Source of the DNA: Dehalococcoidia bacterium
Lineage (GTDB): Bacteria > Chloroflexota > Dehalococcoidia > Bin125
NCBI GenBank assembly: GCA_963663235.2
Contig: CAXXNO010000008.1
Location: 128,001 to 192,000 of the forward strand
DNA length: 64,000 nucleotides
Direction of reading: 5' to 3'
Both the position numbers and the translations under genes were made by a program. The notes beneath the pieces are model-generated. The model made no database searches, was not told the DNA's origin, and saw only the letters and a list, made by a program, of their open reading frames with translations. Position 1 is the first letter of the stretch. Every line of letters begins with the position of its first letter. This document shows positions 1 to 9,070 of this stretch, one piece after another.

Positions 1-743
1 AGCAGGTAGCCGGTGTGCTGAGGGCCCGCCTCGTAGCCCGCCTCGCGCGCGCACTGCGCGTAGTACTGGAACGACTGACGGGTTGGCTCCATCTCCGTGG
101 CCAGCATCAGGAACGGGTAACGCCGCTCCGCCGCCCAGGCGACCGTGTTCTTGCTGAGGACGCCCGGGATCCAGATCGGCGGGTGCGGCTGCTGATATGG
201 GCGCGGCCATGGGTTCACGTAGCGGTAATCGAAGTGTTCGCCCTCCCAGCGGAACGGGCCCGGCGTGGTCCACGCCTTGATGATGAGGTCGTGCGCCTCC
301 TGGAACCGCTCCCAGTTGTAGGGCGAGGGCGAGTTATGGGTCAGGCTCTCGCGGCCGGTCCCTCGCACCCAGCCGCTGACCAAGCGGCCGCGGGAGATGT
401 TATCGATCGTGGCTAGCGTTTCCGCCAGCCACAGCGGGTCGTCCCAGATCGGCAGGACGTTGCCCGCCAGCACGATCTTGGCGCGCTTTGTGATCCGCGC
501 CAAGATCGACGCCTCCACGTTCATCACGGCGCCCATGCAGCCGGGCATGCTGTGGTGCTCGTTCAGCATGAGCCCATCGAAGCCCATCTCTTCCGCGTAG
601 ACTTTTTCGTCCAGGTAGCGGTTGTACAGCTCCGCCCCCACCTGCGGGTCGTAGTCGCGATTGCTTTTCGCCAGATCCAAGGTGTTGATGTATTCGCCGC
701 CAGCGTCCTGGTACGGGCGTTCCGTGAAATAACCGATGAACAT
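1..743 (-). CDS. LLM class flavin-dependent oxidoreductase (luciferase-like), 3' end outside window
   Basis: Not in ORF track. Manual translation from ATG 743 gives MFIGYFTERPYQ...AEEMGFDGLMLNEHH...LAETLATIDNISRGRLVSGWVRG...PRPYQQPHPPIW, which are LLM motifs. Confidence 0.9.
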   Translation of the reverse strand, partial: MFIGYFTERPYQDAGGEYINTLDLAKSNRDYDPQVGAELYNRYLDEKVYAEEMGFDGLMLNEHHSMPGCMGAVMNVEASILARITKRAKIVLAGNVLPIWDDPLWLAETLATIDNISRGRLVSGWVRGTGRESLTHNSPSPYNWERFQEAHDLIIKAWTTPGPFRWEGEHFDYRYVNPWPRPYQQPHPPIWIPGVLSKNTVAWAAERRYPFLMLATEMEPTRQSFQYYAQCAREAGYEAGPQHTGYL

Positions 744-765
744 GGTGCGTCCCTCCCGTGCGCCG

Positions 766-1590
766 CTATCTCGCCGCGACGTGCGCGCGGATCAGCCGCG
801 CGATCGTCTCCGGCTCCTCCAGCTCCACAACGTGGCCAGCACCCTTCACCACCTCAAGACGGGCGTTGGGTAAGGCCTGAGCGTACAGTTCGCCACAGTT
901 GCTGGGCACGATCCGGTCGTGTTCACCCCAGATGATCAGCGACGGCGTTTCCACCTCGCGCAACAGGGGCGGCAGCCGCCGGTTGTACATGTAAGGCCGC
1001 CAGGTCACGCGTGCCGTCATTTCTCGGCTGAGCTCCCACAGTTGTTCCAGTTCGGGTGACTCATCCTCACCAAAGAACTCGGCGTAGGCGGCGTCGTCGC
1101 GAAAAGATGACTTCAAATAATGTTCGTCCTTGAAGAGCATCTGGTCCATGATCTCGCCTTCGTCCGGGCGGATCCCGGCGGCGCCAACGAGGACCAGCGC
1201 CCGCAATCGGCCCGGGTTGATCGTCGCCATCTCGGCGGCGATGAACCCGCCGAAGCCGAGGCCGACCAGCGTGACGCCGTCCAGCGCGAGGCGGTCCAGG
1301 ACGCGGTTCATCAGGATAGCGAGGTCCCGGGGGTCACGCGCCCAGACCGGGCGCTCGGATTGGCCGTAGCCCGGAAGGTCCGGGACCCAGACGGCGAACT
1401 GGGTCGCCAAGGCCTCATGGAACGGCAGCCAGCCGAGGTTCCCCGTCGAGTGATGCAGGACCACCGCCGGCTCCCCTTGCCCGCCCTGCAGCAGGTGTAC
1501 CGACAGGTCCGCGACCCGTACCGATGTTTCCGCCCAGGTGTCGCTCGTGATTCTCTCCGCTCCAGGCGCTACGCCTCTGCGCGAGTGCAC
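766..1590 (-). CDS. alpha/beta fold hydrolase-like protein; start uncertain (GTG 1590 or ATC 1551)
   Basis: PDLPGYGQS, LVGLGFGG, IIWGEHD and GAGH motifs; upstream part of the 329-aa ORF does not look protein-like. Confidence 0.85.
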   Translation of the reverse strand: MHSRRGVAPGAERITSDTWAETSVRVADLSVHLLQGGQGEPAVVLHHSTGNLGWLPFHEALATQFAVWVPDLPGYGQSERPVWARDPRDLAILMNRVLDRLALDGVTLVGLGFGGFIAAEMATINPGRLRALVLVGAAGIRPDEGEIMDQMLFKDEHYLKSSFRDDAAYAEFFGEDESPELEQLWELSREMTARVTWRPYMYNRRLPPLLREVETPSLIIWGEHDRIVPSNCGELYAQALPNARLEVVKGAGHVVELEEPETIARLIRAHVAAR

Positions 1591-1826
1591 GGTGTATGCG
1601 GGATAGTAGCATTGCCGCGGGGGCCGATCTGGCCGCGAGCGTCCAAGGCTATGCTCACGATCCGCCGTCTCACCGGCGAGATCGAGCCGAGCGCGTGGCA
1701 GTGCCGTTCGTCGGCAGGTGAACCGGAGTAGTGTCTCGGGAATGGTCGTTCGCACCGGGAACCGGTCCCCGCCGTCGAACGTCTCTGTCAGCAGTTGAGT
1801 CTTCGGAGTAGTAAGGGAGGAAAGTC

Positions 1827-2558
1827 GTGTATCGATTTCTCACAGCGACCGTCGCCATTGGTCTGGCGGCAGTCATCGGGATGGGCTTGGTCGTCCCCGG
1901 CGGGGGAACGGCGTCCGCATAGGTCGGCGGATCATCGTCCGGTGGCCTGACAGTCATCGGCTCAGCGTCGACGTCTGTCGAGCCGGACTTAGCCGTACTC
2001 AGTCTGTCGGTCACGGCACTCGAGCCGACTGCCGTCGCGGCAGTCACCGCCGCCAATTTCGCGACGGCTGAGGTCATCGTGGCTCTGCGTATTCAGCGAG
2101 TGGCGACCGAGGACATCCGCACGACGTCCATCTCCCTGGACCAGGAGTTCGAGTTCACGGGCTCGCGCGGCGCCGTTCCGGTGGGTTTCCGCTTCACCAA
2201 CAACCTCCGAGTGACGGTACGCGACCTAGACGCCGTCGGCGCCACGATTGACGGCGCGGTCGCCGCCGCCGGCGACAACCTGCGCCTCGGCGGGATCTCC
2301 TTCGACGTGAGCAATCGCACGGAGATCGAGGATGAGCTCCGGCTCAGCGCCATCGACCAGGCCATCGCACGGGCACAGGCGATCGCGGCACGGGCGGGCG
2401 TGAGCCTCGGGCGCATCGTGGCAATCTCGGACCTTGGGTTCGCATCCCCGGTAAGCGTCGATTTTGGCGATGGGGTCGATGAGGCGCTCGCCACGCCGGT
2501 CTTCGGCGGCACACAGGAGATTGTGATGAGCGTGCAGATCCAGTTCGAGCTCCGCTGA
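1827..2558 (+). pseudogene. SIMPL (DUF541) domain exported protein interrupted by an in-frame TAG at 1920-1922
   Basis: GGGAGG RBS, then GTG 1827, signal peptide ending TASA, TAG, then in-frame LTVIGSASTSVEPDLAVLSLSV continuing into ORF 2079..2558 (AIARAQAIAARAGVSLGRI). Confidence 0.75.
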
Positions 2559-2589
2559 TCCGCGGCGTCCACGCTACGCCGCTCGGCGG

Positions 2590-3309
2590 TTACGCGTCGG
2601 CGTACACGCGGAAGCCGTAGTCGTTGTAGCGAAACGACGGATCCAGACTCGACCGCGCTGTGAGACGGGTGAACTTGACGGCGTGCCGCCAACTCCCGCC
2701 CCGACTCGCCCGCCGCGTGCCATTGGCCGGGCCGGCGGGAGCGTCGACGGGCGCGACGTCGTAGTAACGCGCGTCATACCAGTCGCTGCACCACTCGTGG
2801 ACGTTCTCCGCCATGCAGAAGAGGCCGTAGCCGTTGGTGCACCCCGGTCTCGGCCGGTGCGGCGCATTGCGACGCGCGATCGTCGCAAGCTGTGGGAGGT
2901 CAGCAGGCGGGGTGGTACCCCACGGCCAGGCCCCTCGCTGCAGACCACCGAGCGATGCGTACTCGCGTTCGGCCTCAGTGGGTAGCCGGCAGGCGACGCC
3001 TGAGCCGGCGGCCAGCCACTCACAGTAGGCCGTGGCTTCGTACCAGCTGACGCCGACGACTGGCTGCTGCGGGTCAGCGAAGCGCGCGTCGTCGAGGAAC
3101 TTTGGTGGATCCGCGCCCGTCTCCTCGACGAATGCGGCATACTCGCCGTTGCTCACGGGCCGCACGGCGGCTCGGTACGGCCGGAGGCGGACACGATGCA
3201 CCGCCCGTTCGTCGGGTCGATTCGATACGCTTCCCATGAGAAACTCGCCCCCGGCGATGTGCACGAGATCCGGTAAAACGCGGGAGCCGGTGGACTGGTC
3301 CTCAACCAT
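2590..3309 (-). CDS. FGE/SUMF1-domain protein
   Basis: GGEFLMGS, PVVGVSWYEATAYC, RLPTEAEREYA, NGYGL..MAENVHEWCSDWY, RGGSW, YGFR. Confidence 0.9.
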   Translation of the reverse strand: MVEDQSTGSRVLPDLVHIAGGEFLMGSVSNRPDERAVHRVRLRPYRAAVRPVSNGEYAAFVEETGADPPKFLDDARFADPQQPVVGVSWYEATAYCEWLAAGSGVACRLPTEAEREYASLGGLQRGAWPWGTTPPADLPQLATIARRNAPHRPRPGCTNGYGLFCMAENVHEWCSDWYDARYYDVAPVDAPAGPANGTRRASRGGSWRHAVKFTRLTARSSLDPSFRYNDYGFRVYADA

Positions 3310-3403
3310 GACGCGCAGAGTCTATCCCGCCGCATCCACCTCAGCGGGTGGGAACATCGTGGGCGGTGCGCGCCGCCCGTCGGGCTGGGGGCGATAGGTC
3401 GTA

Positions 3404-4936
3404 GTGCCGGACGCGACGTGCATCATCGTTGGAGCAGGACATAACGGTCTCGTCGCTGCCTCGTATCTCGCCCGGGCTGGCCTGAGAGTCACGCTGCTGG
3501 AACGCCGCGACGTGGTGGGCGGAGCGTCTGTGACGGAGGAGTTCGTACCCGGCTACCGCGTCGGCACCTGCGCGTACATCTGCCACATGCTCCAGCGCAA
3601 GGTCATCGACGACCTCGAACTCCGGACGCATGGCCTGCATATCTATCCACTGGATCCCGTGGCCGTCTTCATGTTCCCGGACGGGGGCCATTTCCGCATG
3701 TGGAACGACGCCGAGCGGACGGGCGACGAGATCGCCCGCATTTCACCCACCGATGGGCAGGCGTATCCACGCTGGATCCGCTTCTGGGAGCAGGCCGCTG
3801 ACATTGTCTTGCGCTACTTCTTGCAGCCGCCTCCCACGCTGGCGCAGATCATGACCGACGTCCGCGGCACGGCCGATGAGGCGGTGTTGGAGACCATCCT
3901 CACCGTTCCGTTGCGCGATATCGCGCTGCGCTACTTCGAAAACGCTGGGATTGCGGCGGCAGCGGTGGGGACCGCCGACTACGGCCAGATCGACGCGCCC
4001 GGCAGCGCCTTGGTGCAGGCCTACTTCAAGACGAACCTGCACACCGTTCCGGAGGATTTTGGCATTGTGCGCGGTGGCATGGGCGGCGTGACGCAAGCGA
4101 TGGCGCGGGCGGCCGAGGCGCAGGGAGCGACGATCCGCACGAACGCCGAGGTGAGCCGCATCGTCGTCGAGGACGGGGTAGCCCGCGGGGTGCAACTGAC
4201 GAGCGGTGAGACGATGACGGCCGACATCGTGCTATCGAATGCTGATCCGAAATCAACCTTCCTGCGGTTGATCGACGACGCGGTGCTGCCCGGAGATTTC
4301 GTCGCTGCGATCCGCGGTCTCAAGAGCCGCTCGGCCTCGCTGAAGATCCACGGCGCCCTGCGCCGGCTTCCCGATTTCTCCCGTTTCTTGCAGCCTGACG
4401 ACAATGAGACGCGGCTGGCGATGCTCCGCGTCATGCCGCACCTCGATGACGTCGAGGCCAGCTGGCGTGATGCGATGGCTGGGATCCCGACGCGCTATCC
4501 GCTGATGCAGATCCAGATTCCGTCGGTGTTGGACCCCACCCTGGCGCCGCCCGGCGAGCACGTGATGTCGATCTGGGTGACCTACGAGCCTGCCCATCTG
4601 CGCGATGGTTCCTGGACGGACGCCAAGCGCGAGGTGGGCGAACGGCTCATCGACACGCTGTCCCAATACGCGCCCGACATCCGCGAATGTATCATCGAAT
4701 GGGATCTCTTCACACCTGAAGATATCTTCGATCGAGTGGGCATGACAGACGGCAACATCCGCCACCTGGATATCCTGCCTCACCAGATGTTCGCGAATCG
4801 CCCCCTGCCGGACTGGTCCGACTACCGCACCCCGATCCGCGGCCTCTATCTGTGCGGCGCCGGCACGCATCCGGGCGGCGAAGTGACGGGGGCACCGGGT
4901 CACAACGCGGCGCACGCAGTGCTGGAGGACTGCTAA
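3404..4936 (+). CDS. FAD-dependent oxidoreductase, phytoene dehydrogenase-like
   Basis: IVGAGHNGLVAA Rossmann motif; YRTPIRGLYLCGAGTHPGGEVTGAPGHNAA C-terminus. Confidence 0.9.
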   Translation: MPDATCIIVGAGHNGLVAASYLARAGLRVTLLERRDVVGGASVTEEFVPGYRVGTCAYICHMLQRKVIDDLELRTHGLHIYPLDPVAVFMFPDGGHFRMWNDAERTGDEIARISPTDGQAYPRWIRFWEQAADIVLRYFLQPPPTLAQIMTDVRGTADEAVLETILTVPLRDIALRYFENAGIAAAAVGTADYGQIDAPGSALVQAYFKTNLHTVPEDFGIVRGGMGGVTQAMARAAEAQGATIRTNAEVSRIVVEDGVARGVQLTSGETMTADIVLSNADPKSTFLRLIDDAVLPGDFVAAIRGLKSRSASLKIHGALRRLPDFSRFLQPDDNETRLAMLRVMPHLDDVEASWRDAMAGIPTRYPLMQIQIPSVLDPTLAPPGEHVMSIWVTYEPAHLRDGSWTDAKREVGERLIDTLSQYAPDIRECIIEWDLFTPEDIFDRVGMTDGNIRHLDILPHQMFANRPLPDWSDYRTPIRGLYLCGAGTHPGGEVTGAPGHNAAHAVLEDC

Positions 4937-5042
4937 AGGAGCGCCGGCCGGCGCGCCTGCGCTGGCGTGCCGGGGTCGCGTCTTGGGGCACGGGACCGTG
5001 GGCGCGTTCAGAGCGGGAGCCGAGATCGGCGAGAGCGCCGGC

Positions 5043-6206
5043 TCAGAGGCAGGCCCGGATCCGGCCAATCGCCGTGCGAATAGTCTCCATACTGTTGGCG
5101 TAAGAGAAGCGCAGGTACCCTTCGCCCAGATCCCCGAAGCTGGTTCCGGCGATCGTCGCCACGCCCGCGTCGTGCAGGAGCTTTTCCTGGAGGCCGTGCG
5201 AGTCGAACCCCGTGCCCTCCACGTTGGGGAAGGCATAGAACGCCCCTCCCGGCTCGACGCAACGGAAGCCGGGGATGTGGTTCAGCTCATCGACCATCAC
5301 GCGACGCCGCTTGTCGAAAGCGGCGACCATGGTCTCCACGACCTCCTGCGGCCCTTCTAGGGCGGCGATGCCGGCATATTGGGTCGCGGCGTTCGGACAC
5401 GAATAGCAGTTGATCGCCAGTCGCTCCGCATAGTCCACGAGGCGCTCCGGCCAGATTCCGTAGCCCAGTCGCCAGCCGGTCATGGCGTACGTCTTGCTCC
5501 AGCCATCGAGGACGATCAGCCTCTCACGCAACTCCTCGTACTCCAGAAGGCTGACGTGCTCTCGGCCGTCGTAGAGGAACCGGCTGTAGATCTCGTCGCT
5601 GAGCACGGCGACGTGGGGGCGGCTGGCGAGCCCGGCGACCAGCCGGTCCAGTTGCTCTCGTGGTACGACGCCGCCGGTGGGGTTCGCGGGGCTATTCAGG
5701 ATAATGAGCCGGGTCGCCGCAGTGATGCGGTCCAGCACCTCATCGGCGTCGAACGAGAATCCCGTCTCCTCGTACAGAGGGATGGGAACGGGTGTCGCGC
5801 CACTGAACGCGATGGCGGACTCATAGATGGGAAAGCCCGGGTTCGGATAGAGGATCTCCGCACCGGTCTCGCCGAACATGAGGATCGCGAAGAACATGGT
5901 GACCTTGCCGCCGGGGACGATCAGCACGGTTCCCGGATCGACTGCCGCGCCGGTGCGCCGCCGTACGTCGGACGCCACCGCGTCGCGCAACTCGGGGATG
6001 CCGCTGGCGGGCGTGTAGCCGTGGCGCCCATCGCTGAGCGCCTGCCGCGCGGCCTCCACGATGTGCTCCGGCGTCGCAAAGTCCGGCTGGCCGATCGCGA
6101 GGTTGATGATCTCGCGCCCTTCGGCCTCCAGCGCCTCGGCGCGGGCCAGCACACCGAACGCGCTTTCCGTTCCGATCCGGTGCAGGTTCGCGGCGAGCTG
6201 TAGCAT
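5043..6206 (-). CDS. PLP-dependent aminotransferase class I/II (aspartate aminotransferase-like)
   Basis: NLAIGQPDF, NSPANPTG, SDEIY, SKTYAMTGWRLG; GGAGG RBS before ATG 6206. Confidence 0.92.
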   Translation of the reverse strand: MLQLAANLHRIGTESAFGVLARAEALEAEGREIINLAIGQPDFATPEHIVEAARQALSDGRHGYTPASGIPELRDAVASDVRRRTGAAVDPGTVLIVPGGKVTMFFAILMFGETGAEILYPNPGFPIYESAIAFSGATPVPIPLYEETGFSFDADEVLDRITAATRLIILNSPANPTGGVVPREQLDRLVAGLASRPHVAVLSDEIYSRFLYDGREHVSLLEYEELRERLIVLDGWSKTYAMTGWRLGYGIWPERLVDYAERLAINCYSCPNAATQYAGIAALEGPQEVVETMVAAFDKRRRVMVDELNHIPGFRCVEPGGAFYAFPNVEGTGFDSHGLQEKLLHDAGVATIAGTSFGDLGEGYLRFSYANSMETIRTAIGRIRACL

Positions 6207-6518
6207 CGCGCACCTCCTCGCTCGGGCTGCCCCTGCCCTGGAGGTATATAGTCCCGACTTCATCGCGGCTGCAAGCGGTCGGCCGGGGCGGATCGTCTGG
6301 CGCCCGAGGCGCGCCACCGGGGCTACGCCGGCCGTCGGCCGTCCTGATTCCCCGATGCCGGCCCCGCTGGCCGCCGTGTCGCTATGGCGGTCGCTTCGAA
6401 CCCGTCGCGGGCGGCGGCCCGTGCAGCGCCCAGTGGTAGCGGGGAGGGCGTTGGCGATTCCCAGAAGGACCGAACGCCTCGACCCGGGCGCCCCCGGCGG
6501 GCTCGGCCGCAGGGCGCC

Positions 6519-7001
6519 CTAGCGCCCCCCGGCTGTCGCCTGCATGCTTTGCAGGTGTCCCTGCGCGTGGCCAATGAGGATGTTCTCGATCACCTGCTGG
6601 GCGCTTACCGGATCCGGCCCCAACGGTCCCAGGGGGGCCGCCTTGTCGAGTTGCGCATCGCTCATTCCCTGGACTGCTCCCGCGGCCGAGGCGCCGTTGC
6701 TGCGCAAGAGCTCCAGCACCTCCGCCTTGGTGCAGTTCGCGAACTCGTTGGCATGCTGGGCGTTCCCCTGGTCGATCATCTCCATAGTGATCGACGGCAA
6801 CTCTTGGCCCGTCGCGATCCCCTGAGCGATCCCGGCAATGGTCGGGTAGGCCCCCGCGACGTGGTGGGCCACTACGCCGACGCCCCAGCCCTCGCCCGCG
6901 CATTGCTTCCGCCACTGTTCATCCGTGCAGGCCTCCACGGCGGCGATTAAGTCCGCGTTCGCCTGCTCAAAGCGCTTCGCCAGATCTTCGGCTCGACTCA
7001 C
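6519..7001 (-). CDS. DinB family protein
   Basis: Helical 160-aa protein with WGVGVVAHH and C-terminal GHAQGH; GAGGAGG RBS. Confidence 0.65.
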   Translation of the reverse strand: MSRAEDLAKRFEQANADLIAAVEACTDEQWRKQCAGEGWGVGVVAHHVAGAYPTIAGIAQGIATGQELPSITMEMIDQGNAQHANEFANCTKAEVLELLRSNGASAAGAVQGMSDAQLDKAAPLGPLGPDPVSAQQVIENILIGHAQGHLQSMQATAGGR

Positions 7002-7089
7002 TACTACCTCCTCAAGTCATCTCGGGACGCCTGAATCAATCCCCGCTCTCTGCGCGGCTGTCCGATTGTACTTGCGCCGTCAAGGCGTC

Positions 7090-8040
7090 TCAGGCGAGAC
7101 ATCGCAGGGGTCGGCCGCCGTTGTACGCGACCATCTCTTGGAATGGAGCGTCCCACTCGATCGGAGCTCCCAGCGGCTCCTGCCGGAGCTCCGAGTAAGC
7201 CCGATGCAGGTTCCCGACCAGCCGCTCCGGGTCCGTCCACTCGCCGAAACGACCCAGGTCCGCCTCGCGCGCGACGTCGAGCGGCGCGGCGCCGGTCTCG
7301 AAGCCGGACCGCGCCACCTCTTGCACGAAGCGTAGGTACGCCGCGACATCGTCAAGCGCCTCTGGCCCGCAGACGGGCCCGTGCCCGGGGATCACCGTCT
7401 CGGCTCCCAGCGCCCGAACTCGTTCGAGCGCGCTCAGCCAGCCGACGATCGATCCGCCCAGCGCAAAGGGTGTGCCCCCCTTGAAGACGATGTCGCCCGT
7501 AATCAGCACCTTCCGATCCGGTACCCACACCACGACGTCATTCGTGGTATGCGCGGGCGCGACGGCGATGAGCTCCACGCGCAGGTCGTCCACGTAGAGG
7601 CTGATCTGCGCGTCGAAGGTGAGCGTCGGCGCGGTGATCGTAATATCTCCCCAATCGACCGCGAGGAACAGGCTCGCTGCCCGTTCCTTGATGGTGTCGG
7701 CGCTGGCCACGATCTCCTCGCGGCAGCGTTCGTGCCCCACGATCGTCACTCCGGGCCCGAAGACGTAGTTCCCGAACACGTGATCGAGGTGGCTGTGCGT
7801 ATTGATCAGCGTGCTAACCGGTCCGGGCGTCGTTCGCTCGATGGCGCTCTTCAGATCGTGAGACCGCCGCGCGGTGGCGCAGCTATCGATGACCGTGACG
7901 CCGCTCCGTCCGACCAAGAAGCTAGGATTGTTTAGACACCAGGTCCCGTCGGGCTGCACGTAGGCGAAGATCCCCGGACTTACCTCTTCTACCGTCGGCG
8001 GCGGAAGCGTCGTGTCGGGGGGAACGTCGGCCGTGGTCAT
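7090..8040 (-). CDS. MBL-fold metallo-hydrolase (cyclase-like)
   Basis: NTHSHLDH, AHT, TGD, PGHG motifs. Confidence 0.9.
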   Translation of the reverse strand: MTTADVPPDTTLPPPTVEEVSPGIFAYVQPDGTWCLNNPSFLVGRSGVTVIDSCATARRSHDLKSAIERTTPGPVSTLINTHSHLDHVFGNYVFGPGVTIVGHERCREEIVASADTIKERAASLFLAVDWGDITITAPTLTFDAQISLYVDDLRVELIAVAPAHTTNDVVVWVPDRKVLITGDIVFKGGTPFALGGSIVGWLSALERVRALGAETVIPGHGPVCGPEALDDVAAYLRFVQEVARSGFETGAAPLDVAREADLGRFGEWTDPERLVGNLHRAYSELRQEPLGAPIEWDAPFQEMVAYNGGRPLRCLA

Positions 8041-8128
8041 GGGATACCCCTTACGCTGCGAGTTCCTCGCTCCGGTGCCGCCACAGGATAGGGCCCTGCC
8101 GGCCGCTTCGGCGAAGGGCCGCCGAGGT

Positions 8129-9061
8129 TCAGCGGAAGTGCGGCAGGACGCGCTCGGCGAAGCCGGCCGCCTGTTCCTGCGGCGCTGTTCCGAAGAAGTC
8201 CAGGATGAACATGCTGCAGCGCAGGTCGAGGTGTCTTTGGATCTGATCCCGCAGCCGCGCGGGCGTTCCCGTGAGGGCGAGATCGTGTCTCGCGATGTCT
8301 ACCGACGACCCAACCTGCCGCCGTGTCTCGTCGACCAGCCGTTCCAGGCCGGCCGCGTCTTCCGCGAGCGCCACCAAGCACTGCTGCGAGACTAGGATCT
8401 CCGAGAACTCCCGCCCTACGGCCTCGCAGTGCTGCCGGAGTACGCGCAACTTGCGCTCCAGGTGTTCATGGTCCCCCGACGAGTTATTCCAGATCGCCGC
8501 TTCCTCCGCCACGATGCGCAAGCTCACCTTCTCGCCGCCGCCGGCGATAAGCACCGGAAGCGGGCGCAGCGGCTTCGGCTCGCAAACCGCGCCGGCCACC
8601 CGCACGTAGTCGCCCTCGTAGGTCGCGCTCGGATCGCGCCAAAACCGTTGGAGGAACTGGACCGTCTCGCGCATCTGCTCCAAGCGCTGAATGCCGGAGT
8701 GGAAGGGCATGCCAAAGGCGCTGAACTCCCGCTCAGACCAACCGGAGCCGAAGCCCGGGATGATCCGGCCGCCGCTAATCTGATCGACGCTGGCGATCAC
8801 CTTGCCAAGGAGCGACGGGTTCCGCAGCCCCGCCGGCGTCACCAAGGTTCCGAGCTGGATCCGCTCGGTGACGGCTGCCAGCCCGCTCAGCAACGACCAT
8901 GCTTCCAACGTCGGCTGCCGCGGGTCCGAGGGTGCGTACACATGATCTGGAATCCAGAACGAATCGAAACCCATGGCCTCGAAGCCGCAAGCGGCGTCGC
9001 GGATCTCCGGCCACGCGCGCCCGAAGGGGAGATACATGACGCCGAAATGTGCCGTCGGCAT
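8129..9061 (-). CDS. LLM class oxidoreductase (possibly F420-dependent)
   Basis: GFDSFWIPDH, LEAWSLLSGLAAVTERIQLGTLV, DQISGGR. Confidence 0.9.
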   Translation of the reverse strand: MPTAHFGVMYLPFGRAWPEIRDAACGFEAMGFDSFWIPDHVYAPSDPRQPTLEAWSLLSGLAAVTERIQLGTLVTPAGLRNPSLLGKVIASVDQISGGRIIPGFGSGWSEREFSAFGMPFHSGIQRLEQMRETVQFLQRFWRDPSATYEGDYVRVAGAVCEPKPLRPLPVLIAGGGEKVSLRIVAEEAAIWNNSSGDHEHLERKLRVLRQHCEAVGREFSEILVSQQCLVALAEDAAGLERLVDETRRQVGSSVDIARHDLALTGTPARLRDQIQRHLDLRCSMFILDFFGTAPQEQAAGFAERVLPHFR

Positions 9062-9070
9062 CGTCGGCGC

